Below are positions 51,673-62,782 of a stretch of DNA of 64,000 nucleotides, one piece after another. The position numbers and the translations under genes are program-made. The DNA is from Chrysomallon squamiferum (lineage: Eukaryota > Animalia > Mollusca): contig CM022671.1 in assembly GCA_012295275.1 (NCBI GenBank), positions 12,276,001 through 12,340,000 of the forward strand, written 5' to 3'. The notes beneath the pieces were generated by a model. That model saw only the letters and a program-made list of their open reading frames with translations, was not told the origin of the DNA and did no database searches. The number at the start of each line of letters is the position of its first letter. Position 1 is the first letter of the stretch.

Positions 51673-52713
51673 CAACTTTTCTGACTTAGTTCATGTTAAA
51701 ATGAAATAAAGAAAATTAAAAATTATCAAATCATCAGAATAAAGTATTTGGGGGCACAGTGGGGCATATTTTTAAACAGTTTTTATTCATACCTATTGCT
51801 TTTTTATTATTTTTTTTAATTTTACAGTAAATTTCATGTCTTTACATTTTGTTGTTTATTGTCATTGGAAAATAATCTTAATGTTGAAGTTTATAAAATA
51901 CTCAGAAGAAAGGGTGGAATAACGGAAAATAAAAATGAGACACAGACTGAAATCAGCTGCAGTTTCATTTTCATCGCAGAAATGCAAATTGATATAAAAA
52001 AAACATGTTTATTTTCTCATTATCACAACTAATTAAAATCTGAAACATCAATTTGTATTTTCTTAAAAGGGTGATCATTATTTAGTATATTTTAAAATCA
52101 AAGATTTTTTTTATAGATGTCAGTTAATCAGCAAGTCGTTTTAATAAAACTTAGTGTTCCTAAATAATAGATTTTCTCCAATGTACATTTTTTTAAAAGG
52201 CATTTTTAAAACTTTTTGCATTTATATATTTTTAAATTATGTATAGTAAATTGAATACTAGCTGGTATGGTGATTGTACTGTTTTATTACTTGATTTACA
52301 CCTTAAGAAGTCATAACTGTTTATTTTAAAAGAACATTGGATTGTTTTAAATTATTTGTATGACTATTCAAGTCTCATATTGTCATAATATTGTTATATT
52401 AGTACTGATTGTTGATGAGCTGCTTGTTGTATTAAGCCTTTATATCAATTTTTATTCTACAGTCTTTTTCTGTTTACCTTCATTAACACATCAACTATTG
52501 TTAGCATCTATACTGTATTAATAAATTATGAAATAATGTTTTGGGTTTCCTCGTCATTAATATTGTTCAACATAACTGGTTAACAGAAATAAAAACTGTT
52601 TTAAGAATTACACACACATACACACAATGTATCTGTCTGCTACAATCACAAAAATAATGAAGCAATGTTGAGGACTACAAGGTGTCCAGAGTTTAATTAG
52701 GTAGTCAGGAAAA

Positions 52714-52863
52714 TTACAAGGTAGCAGGGTGTAAGACATTTTGGTCTTTCCTTTGGGAATGAGGATGAATAAATTCTTTCCATTTCTATCTCTTGAACAT
52801 CCAAATAAGAGTTGGGCAATGAGAGAAGCATTCATACAGATGTCCAATACTTATTAAAGACAG
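52714..52863 (-). mobile_element. Fossil Helitron PIF1-like helicase C-terminus
   Basis: With two frameshifts reads SLISIGHLYECFSH/AQLLFGCSRDRNGKNLFILIPKGKTK/NVLHPATL*, matching the canonical CFSHGQLYVxCSRV...LFIL...GKTKNVVY end. More eroded helicase sequence may extend to about 53700. Confidence 0.7.
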
Positions 52864-53841
52864 AAAATATTTATATTCCATTTCCAATTCTTAGTTAAAG
52901 GATAAAATTAAAAATAGACTACTGTTTTTCTTATTGTTGTACAATGAAAATAAATTGCTGCTGCAAGATTTTACTGAAAACAAGATTAGTAAAATACATT
53001 ATTATCCACTTTTTGACCTTTAACTTGCTAAACTTTTACAAATTCCAAAAACTTTTCCTTCTCATTCTATCAGTGCATTTATACCTTGATATATCTCTAA
53101 CTTGCATTTAAATGTATGTAAGTGTGCATGCATGCGTGCATGTATACACATGTATCAGTGACTTGTTGGAGTTCAAAGTTTCCATGACAAGATGTAACAT
53201 CTGTGACATTTTTTTTAAAAGGAAGGTTGCTATATAATCAATTTGGATTGTGTAACTTCATAACAATTGAAAAATAACCATTGGCAATTTTGTTCCAGAA
53301 TATAATACTTTTAGACCTAACCCCAAAAGTACCTCCTGAATAAAAGTAAACAAAAGGTTTAACACCTGTCCTTTACTATATTGCTCTGAGTACTATATTT
53401 TGAAATATTTTACTGTTTAATTTTAAAGGAAATTATATATATATTCTCCTGTCAGGTGAACTTGTCAACAAACTCCAAATGAAATCTTTGTGTCAATCAG
53501 CATCCAACCAGACTAACAGAAAAGTTTTTGTGAGGCAGTTGTACAGTTACTTGCTTTTGTCATGGTTTTCACTTTCATACAGATGATTTTCTGAAATCTG
53601 GCAAAAAAATAAATTCAAATCAGCAAATTTGGTGAACTTCTGGCTGAATGACAGGATGTCAATGTCAAGCTGCCCAGTGTCCACCTCAACATTATATTTT
53701 CATTACTTAATGTTTTGATAAAACAATGAAGGGAAAAATATAATGCCTGTAATTCCTCAATAGTGTTTGTTTCACTTATCAAGAAGATTTAAAAAAATGA
53801 AGAAATTAAAGAAGATGCATAGTTTGGTGAAACAATTTAAA

Positions 53842-56800
53842 CTACAGAGCCATTTCAAAATTCATTCTAGTTGAATCAAATAGGAGTGAAGAAACACCAT
53901 TTATGAAACCACCAGCAACTTCAATCATTGAAACAATCCTACTAGCTGTCACTTCACGATCTTTAGAAACCTGCAAAAAAACAAAAAGAAAAAACAAATT
54001 AGTGGTTTGGGATAGTGTTAAGGTTAGGGTTCGACTCAAGTTTACCATAATCCAAACCTAATAATGCTATACAACCCCAAAACTAGCCATAACATTAATT
54101 GTTATGCTATGAAAAAATTAAATATTGAAAATTAACTCTAACACAAAACTAACCCTAAACCTAATCCTAAATCTAACTAAAAATAATCTTGACACCAATG
54201 CTGATCCTAATCTAAATGTAACTCCCACCTTGACTCCAAGAGTAACCCTAACTCTAACCCTAGCCATAACCATACTAGTAACATATGATAAATGAAGGTA
54301 ATAGTAATAATAAAATAATAATAAAATAATAATAAAAAAACAAAACAAATAAAAAATAATACTTTTGGAAATATTAAAAATTTGTGGGCTCTTTTCGTAT
54401 AAATATCATGGAATAAATAACTACAATAACTGACCATTATTAAGTCTAAAGAAACAACTTCACCTATTTCATGATTCACAAATAATTGTAATAGAAGTAT
54501 TACTTAATATTACTTAAATTAGAATGACATCTTGTATTATTTACTTTATAATATACTGGGCTTTTTCACATGAATTTCTTAACTGATTAAAACAATGTAA
54601 TGAAAACTTAATTTTACCTCCATGTCAACATAAAATACTGGAATATCAAAGTTGTCTGCTAATTGTGTGACCATTTCTGGATCTACAGTCCAACTAGAAC
54701 CAGATTTACCTATGAAAAAATACTGCATTATTATCACTGAGTTGCCACAGAATCTTAAATCATGTTGAAATGTATAAAATCTAATACTGGAGAGCATAAA
54801 GAATATTCAAAAGGCACAATAAGAATGTTTAACTGTATAACTGAATTAAATTATCAAATGTGTTGAACAGAACTTTTTTTTTTTTATTGATAAAAAGAAA
54901 AAAAAAATGAGCGAGTTCAGTTAAATCTGGGCTAATGCAACACTGATTTGAACAAATGGACTGGGAAAAAGTAAAAGATACAAATGGTCTGTTGATGTAG
55001 GTGACAAAATGTACAGCAATGCCTGCATGAATGTAAACAAGGTGAAAAAAAGATACAAATGTCACAGAGTTATGTACATAAATCTCAGGATTTTTTGTCT
55101 TCTAAAATATGTTTTTCATTAGTAACAACTTTATGTATTTTAGTAGAAAATAATATCAAAAATGCAAATAGCTCACCTTTACAAACAACCAAGCAAGATC
55201 TTCCAATAAAATATCTAGTATCAATTTCAGTGAAAGCTTCCTCTATAATCTCAAAACTAAAAGAGAAGAATAAACAGTCATATTATTTTTCTAAAGCAGA
55301 TATTTTGTCCATCTTAGACAAAGATGATTTGTTTTAAGTTTTTTTTCATAGTATGAATCACATACATACACTTATATACATACATACAAACTCCATTAAC
55401 TGTCATCTCTGCCTGATGTGTGGCAACATTAACTTACCATTTTACTTAAATGTACATATAAGTATTCTATTATACTGGCCACTGCTATCTTCAAAACACT
55501 TGTAATAAAATAAACCGAAATTTATTTTGAAGAGTATCTTATAATTTAAAAATAGATTTATTTTACCCCCTAAAATATCAAGTATCAAAAGTTTTTATTG
55601 ATGACACATCAAAGTATCAAAAAAGTGCACCAAATGTACATGTCAAAAGACATGTCACTCAAGAAGTTCAACAAATTCAAAATTAAGTTCCTAAATACTT
55701 TGCCAAAAAATTAGCAAAGAACAGAATATTTGTTATAATTCAATGTGTATTATTGTGTAACACAATTAATCTGTTTATGGACCAGTAACTGAGGTTTTCA
55801 CTTTTATCTGAATGAAATTCGTAAGGCTTATTAGAATTATTATATAATCCATCTCGTAATACCAATTTAACTGGAACATTTTAACAAATTTTGACTGTAT
55901 ATACCTGCACATTAAGCTACAAATTAGTTCTCCATCTTTTTTCAGCTAAAACTGTAGTGAAGTAAAGAAATAAAATATAGATAATAATTAAGGCATTTTC
56001 ACCTGTTTCTGTCATTCTGGCTTAAGACATAACAGATAAAATCAATTCGAGGAAGCATATCACAGTTATCTTCAGGAAACTCTGTAATAATCTGACTACA
56101 AAAAAAAGATAATTTATGTTGTTTTAAATAAATTTGAATAAATTTATTAATGTCTTAAAAACAAATAATTTAAGGTGATAATAAAAAGAACAATATGAAC
56201 AAAAATAAAATGAACATATATGCAAACATACTAAGAAGCATTGTAAAAACCTAAAAACTAATAAATTGATTGACCCAAGAAACCTGAACATTGTAATTTG
56301 TAGTTATTTTATAGTAAAATAATGAAAACATTACTTATAATGATAAATAAAACCATAAAGCTTCTTGTCAGAGATCTGACATAAAGTTAATATTTAGAGT
56401 AAAATACATATTTTTGATGTTCAAATTCAGAGAGAAAGTTCTAGCCAAGGACTCAAATGTTTACTGAATACTTTTCCTAGTTACTCTTTTAAAAAATATA
56501 TATTTTTATATTTTATATAAATATATATATTTTTATTTTATTTTATATTCGTTCTTTGCCTATATTTATTGCTTTTAAAGTTATATACTACTATGTATTT
56601 ATGAGGCTACTATATGTTATTAATTCAGTCATAACAAAACATAACATTTAGAATACTGAATATATTATTTCATATGTTAATATCCATCATTTTAATTAAT
56701 TCCATACCTTAAATAATAATGGCATTCAAAAATCGAATATGTTTGAGGTAAATCCTGGACCCTATGAGGAATTAATGGAAATGAAGGTGAATGTTTGATT

Positions 56801-58021
56801 TCGTTTTCTGCCTTTCTTTCTAATGCTGTTTCAAATATTAGTTCTATCATGCATTTAGTCTCTAGATGGATATATATTTCTATACCAGTTCACCGTAAAT
56901 AATTCTGCAAGGTTGGCTACTGACAATCCCAAACTGTGTTTGCCAAGTCCCTCAGCTCCAAGTATCTAAAAGTAAGAAATAATGCTAAATTAAATATACA
57001 TAACTGAAAACAAAAAGCCTTTGCATTGTAGTGAAATGAAATTACATAAAATTGCATTAAAAATAAACAAAAGTATTCTTAATTTATTAATACAGCTGTA
57101 AAAATAAGATTCTATCATTTATTGTATCATTTATTTTTAAAATATATTGATTTTCATTCATGATTGCCAAAAATGGCTGATATTTTATATAGTTTTGACA
57201 GTATGAAGTTAAGAAAAATAATCATAACTTTTCCAGTGACAAATATGAATAACTGAATGTTTGTATTCAAAACTCTATCATTTATTGTATCATTTATTTT
57301 TAAAATATATTGATTTTCATTCATGATTGCCAGAAATGGCTGATATTTTATATAGTTTTGACAGTATGAAGTTAAGAAAAATAATCATAACTTTTCCAGT
57401 GACAAATATGAATAACTGAATGTTTGTATTCAAAACTCTCAAATATTGTATTCTGTTACTGTATTAACCATAACTTATTTATTTTTTCTTAGATACTCAA
57501 GAACCTAGTTTGCCAGTGCCGTCTATTTCGGAATTGAAAGTTGTCAAGTGTTTTGTCCAGTCGTTTTTGATTTTATTTTTAAAGGATGGATGTTCTGATA
57601 ATTTGTATTTATTTTATTTTATTTCATTTTATTTTGCATTACAATAATAATAATAATACTATAAAAATACGAAAATCTTTAGGCGTACTTCTAAACGTTG
57701 CTAAAACTATAATAATTCACACACCTTAAACCCGGGTAACTGCTTTTTAAACATGAGAGTTCTCTAACTACTTATTAATGTCCTTAAATGGACACAATTA
57801 CTAAATTATAAGTTCGGAACTTAGTAAGATTACAATCGGAGGATTACAATCGCAAACAGATGATCATGAGAACGATAGATATTTCAATTTAATTAAAATA
57901 TTATGTAATTGGCAATCATGCTACATTCTTTAACATTGCTAATATTAATTTATTAGCTTACAAGAATGGTTACTTCATTTCTGTTTGGAACCTTATCGAA
58001 TGGAACAATAATAGATGTCAT
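53842..58021 (-). CDS. CENPM: Centromere protein M (pseudo-GTPase), 177 aa
   Basis: Exons 58021-57962 (MTSIIVPFDKVPNRNEVTIL), 56965-56886 (ILGAEGLGKHSL...), 56095-56003 (LPRIDFICYVL), 55256-55177 (IDTRYFIGRSCLVV), 54709-54618 (VTQLADNFDIPVFYVDME), 53970-53842 (ASRIVSMIEVAGGFINGVSSL, TAG). Phases consistent, 534 nt; length and motifs match CENP-M (PLDKLP, RPRIDLIVF, FFLGKVCF, GVS). Confidence 0.88.
54008..54298. repeat. Interspersed repeat rich in degenerate TAACCC hexamers (copy 1, last CENP-M intron)
   Basis: About 290 bp, reverse-complement homologous to 60033-60326 along its length, e.g. GTAACTCCCACCTTGACTCCAAGAGTAACCCTAACTC. Confidence 0.85.
57111..57436. repeat. Recent 163-bp tandem duplication in CENP-M intron 1
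   Basis: 57111-57273 and 57274-57436 are identical except for one substitution I could see (GCCAAAAAT vs GCCAGAAAT); TCT microhomology at the junctions. Confidence 0.92.
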
Positions 58022-58168
58022 TGTAAGCTACGATACGTAATTCAGATTATTATTTTTCTATACTATAACAACAATCATTTGTTTAATTCGCGCTGAATTT
58101 ATGATTACAGTTATCTGCCTCGGTTTGATAAAAAACACAAATGTTCTGAAATGAAGAGGCACTGGCTA

Positions 58169-58420
58169 CAGAACCGGCAGCCGTATTCAAAATTTATAGA
58201 CTTGGGATACATTATTTCTTCCTTGAACGGACTGAATATTCAGCCTTCAGCTGGCGCGATCATTTCTCACGCTATCAACATAAAATTATAAATAAAGAAA
58301 AAAGAGAAAAGAAAAGAAAAGAAAAGAAAAGAAATTTAGAAATTTAGAAATGTACTGCGCATGTGCACATATGTTTACTCAGCTTTAGTGAATAAAATCG
58401 GTATACGGCTGCCGTACCTG
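58169..58420. mobile_element. MITE-like segment (18-bp imperfect TIRs, TA flanks) over the CENP-M upstream region
   Basis: TA|CAGAACCGGCAGCCGTAT ... ATACGGCTGCCGTACCTG|TA, 15/18 match; CAG termini plus TA flanks fit Tc1/mariner. Confidence 0.45.
58356..58367. promoter_or_regulatory. NRF1-like site upstream of CENP-M
   Basis: TGCGCATGTGCA (one mismatch to TGCGCATGCGCA) in a CpG-rich zone about 340 bp upstream of the ATG. Confidence 0.45.
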
Positions 58421-58633
58421 TAGACAGAACGAAATATAAACTATGTTACGGCTTGAAATTGTCTCCGATCATATATCCTGTCCCGGAACCCACCCCTGGC
58501 GAACCCAGAGATCGGATCCGAGATAGGCGTGCCTGAAGCTTGAATTGAACGTGGGAACGTAAAAAGAGTTTCCATCCACCCATCCGATCACAGATGGCCA
58601 TTGCGCTTTCGACAAATCCGATGTCGATTTGTT

Positions 58634-58666
<33 letters not shown>

Positions 58667-59403
58667 ATACAAATTCAATACTTATTTATATATGCATACA
58701 TGTATATTACACATTCAGTCATTCGATTATTTTATCAAATATTAATAAGAGAAACATTTGGAACGGGAGGAAGAAATCCACATTACGGATTTATTTTATT
58801 TTTTTAAATTTGTTTTTAATTTTTATTTTTTTACGAGTTATGTTACATTTAATTTTTAAAATAAGCCATAATGGCAGAATACAATAAATTATTGTAAAGA
58901 AAGTTATTTTCAATTAATAAAATTAAGTTGATTAGACAATAAAATTTACCGTCAGTTTACGATGATCGTATGCAGTACAATACTAAGTATTAATGTAAGT
59001 GATCATGATCATTATTTAGTCAGCCTTCTGTGTATATATATATTAATTAGTGTTCAAATTATTTTTTAAATTACATTTAAGAATTGTTTCTAGGGCAGTT
59101 ATACTATACTCTACTATACTATACTATAATAAATATATGACATATGTAATTAGTAAATTCACTCATTTGAACGTAATTTGTATTGTACACTTTGCTGTTA
59201 AACAATAAAAATGCATATATATTTTCAAGATTTTTTAAACCAGTTGGTATAATTAAAAAAAAGAAAAATGAAAGAAAAAAGTATTAGAAAAAGAAGGCTA
59301 CACAAAGTCTGAATCCGACACTGTAAATAAATATAATATGTACAGTATCTTGTGAATCAATTACAATTTGTTTAAATCTACAAGTAATTTAATGACTTGG
59401 TTC

Positions 59404-59458
<55 letters not shown>

Positions 59459-60032
59459 TGTTGTATTGTCAAATTAATCGATTGATCAAAACTGCCGCCA
59501 GATTAGACCATTTTGAAAATCATATTTTATATTTTGTGCGATAAGACACTAAAGAGTAAATAAAAGTTAATTATGAGTATTTTAACAGACTGGGTGAGAT
59601 GTATTGGGAACGTGGTTCATCGTAATACGCTTACGTAGTATATGTTGACACCATGTTGATTTTGTTTGTTTAAAATGATCATTCAAAATCGATCATTTTC
59701 TTTTTCTTTATGAGCACATTCGCTTCAGTCTTTATTTTCACATTTTGTATCTTAATTTTGTGTTGTTTTTCTTTTACTTCTTCTTTTCTTTTTTTAAATT
59801 GTTTATCTAAAAAGACTTCATACAGGCTTAAAGTGTGCAAAATTTTATGAATGTAAGGTTAATATTAAAAAACCCACAAATAAACAAAAAACACACACAC
59901 ACACACACACACACACAAAACAACAACATTAAGAAAAAAGATAAAATAAACAACATTTAATTCACTAAATTAACCTGGTAAAGATTATGACGATTAGCAT
60001 AAAATTTAAAAATCGCTTTTATTTCAGTACTT

Positions 60033-60415
60033 CCTTCATTTATGATATGGTTACTAGTAAGGTTATGGCTGGGGTTTGAGTTAGGGTTACTCTTGGAGTC
60101 AAGGTGGGAGTTACATTTAGGTTAGGATCAGCATTAGTGTTAAGATTATTTTTAGTGTTAGATTTAGGATTAGGGTTAGGGTTAGTGTTTGTGCTAGAGT
60201 TAATTTCAATACTTAATTTTTTCATAGCATAACTGTTAATGTTATGGCTAGTTTCGGGCTTGCATAGCATTATTATATTTGGATTATGGTAAAGTTGGGT
60301 CCAACCCTAACCGTAACACTATCCCATAACCTTAATTATTATAATATGGGTTATGAATATGGCTACAGTTACGGCTATAGTTAGGATTAGATTAGGGTTA
60401 GCATCGGGGTTAGGT
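60033..60415. repeat. Interspersed repeat rich in degenerate TTAGGG hexamers (copy 2, inverted relative to copy 1)
   Basis: 60033-60326 is the reverse complement of 54008-54298; further GGTTAG-like hexamers run to about 60415. Confidence 0.85.
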
Positions 60416-61722
60416 ATAGATTCAGTTACCTAGATATGTTTTAGTAAACGTTTGTTGAAGTTCAGGAAGTTTTGTAGATGGATCACAAAAGTATAAAAGG
60501 ACAGACAATTTTCACAACAATGACTTGATCCTTTACACACACGCCCAGACAATTTTCACAACAGCTTGCTCTGATTAGCACGTTAATTTTTTTCAAGGTT
60601 CAAGGTTTAAGGTAAAGGATCGGGAGTCTTGGAGAAGGATCAGGAGTTTAAAAATTTAAGAACACTGTTGTAATTTTACAACAGAAAACCAACTCAGTAG
60701 CCTGGTATAAAATATTTATTTCTGTTTAAGTAATTCTTTAGTATACATGCAAGAACACGTTTAAAAACTGTCATGAAAAATGATATCTCTCAACTACATT
60801 CATGTACTTTTTAAACAATAATTACTAATATGATTTTATTATTAATTAATTATTTTTTATAAATGTTGGAAATCGAAGTGGCCGAGGAACTTTCCAATTA
60901 ATTCTCAAAAAACACAATTCTTTTAATGCAATAGTATTGTGTTTAAATCATCAAACCAATTCCTGTTCTAATTACAAAATTTAACTGTTTTTATTAAGAT
61001 TGCTTTTGACAATTTTGAATAAAAATGTAACTAAATAGAATCCATTCTTATTAACATTTAATTAAACGTTTTCATTGTTATTAGAATAATCAAATACTGA
61101 TTTTGTAGTTGTCAGTAATTTAAAATTTCTGTTCTTATGAAAACAGTAATTAAATGGTTGTGAATAAGGTAAGACATTTTTATTTTTATATTTTTTTAAT
61201 TTCACGTCAACAGAATTAATAATTAATATTATTAATGAATTATTATTTATGAATAATCGAACTAAACCGTTTCTCTTACGATTGATTAATAACAATAAGC
61301 TTGCAAATATTTAAGCCAAATATGTTGTATTCTTCTTAACAGAATAAAATATTGAAGGACGTGATAAATGGAATATTTTACAGCTGAACAAAACGCACAT
61401 TACTGCTAATAACATTAATATACTAGTATATGAAATTTCTGAGCAATTAAAAAACGGTTAAAATATATATATATATATATGTACAGATCGTTAGGCTTCA
61501 TTTTTGTTTTGTTACTATGATAAATAATTACTTTTGTTTAATAAAAGAATAAGTAAAATCCATTTCGCACATCAGTTGCAGCTGTCATATCCATTTCTTT
61601 TTTCCACTGAAGTCAAGCTGCCTGAACACACTTTCTTCTGACATAACTTTTTGTTAACACAAGCAGTCATTATCGTACGCAATATATATATTTTACTGTT
61701 TAAGTACTTTAAGCGAAAAGTT

Positions 61723-61753
<31 letters not shown>

Positions 61754-61841
61754 TGAAGAGAAAAAAAAATGAAGAAAAAGTGCGAGAAACAACGGATTAC
61801 AAGACAATAAAAATACAACATGACCATCAATAATAGTAGTA

Positions 61842-61889
<48 letters not shown>

Positions 61890-62313
61890 TTAAGAACCAT
61901 CTACCAACCCAACCACCTAGACAACCATACTATAATTAATGGAATCAAGCCTAATAAAATAAAATAAATCTACATTAAAATATAAAATTAAAAAAGCAAT
62001 GTTTCATGAAAGAGGTTATTAGAAAAAAAAAGAAAAAAAGACAGTACATCCAACCAAAATATAACAATAAATAATTATTAAAAAAAAAAAATAATAATAA
62101 TAAAAATTAAAAAAAGAAAAACGACGAAGATGACGGCAAAAATAATTAAAAAAAAAGTCTATTTTGAATAATCTTCCATTATTTTTCACATCTAGATTTT
62201 CTTTCTCCACTCAAAACATTCACTGATGTTGAGCCATTAAGTCAGAAATTAAATCTAGGTGTACTGTCATGAAAATGAACAAACGGGGTGTATGCATTAA
62301 CGGTTAATAATTA

Positions 62314-62782
62314 TTACATTAGTACAAAGAAATTGAGGAGGATCGCCATCACAAGCGGTGGAATTATAACCGGTGTAGAGATCTGTGAAGTACCGGAAAC
62401 TGTTGATCTAAAGAATACCGTGCGTTCTCCGAGTTTTTGAACTGGGCGGAAATTGTTGACTAGTTTTTCATTATGTTCCGCATATAATTGTCGGAACTGG
62501 TCAAGCTGTAAAAGAAAAGAAAAGATGAAAAAATTTAGTTTTAATATATTCCATTAAGTATATAATGGGGGGAGTAGGGAAAGTTGTAAAATTAATATAA
62601 ACTTGAGTTAAAAGTTTTGCTCACCTGATAATTAGACACTTTAATTGTCTCGTAGAAAACTGTCCAAACAACAGCCTCGTTGCAGTTTGGCGTCGTCAAA
62701 CTTCCGTCGTAGCGGTAGAAAGTTGTCAAATTTGTAGGTAACAACTCCCTGAGTTTAAAGTTTACGATACTGGTTGTATTTT
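62314..62782 (-). CDS. Alpha-carbonic anhydrase, last two exons, with GPI-anchor-like C-terminal tail; 5'-partial
   Basis: Exons 62782-62625 (LRELLP...FYRYDGSLTTPNCNEAVVWTVF...VSNYQ) and 62505-62314 (LDQFRQL...LVNNFRPVQKLGERTVF...SGTSQISTPVIIPPLVMAILLNFFVLM*). Confidence 0.92.

Noticed and set aside
57709-57754. Minus-strand MFKKQLPGFK(VCELL) as the CENP-M first exon
   Set aside because: Exon 58021-57962 matches the CENP-M N-terminus far better and has a strong GTAAGC donor.
58258-58267. GATCATTTCT resembling U3 box A
   Set aside because: No other U3 boxes or structure nearby.
54118-60415. TTAGGG/TAACCC-rich tracts as a telomere, fusion site or telomerase RNA template; ORFs 54118-54348 and 60040-60270
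   Set aside because: Highly degenerate, interstitial and part of a dispersed repeat; no pseudoknot or H/ACA context; the ORFs are hexamer translations.
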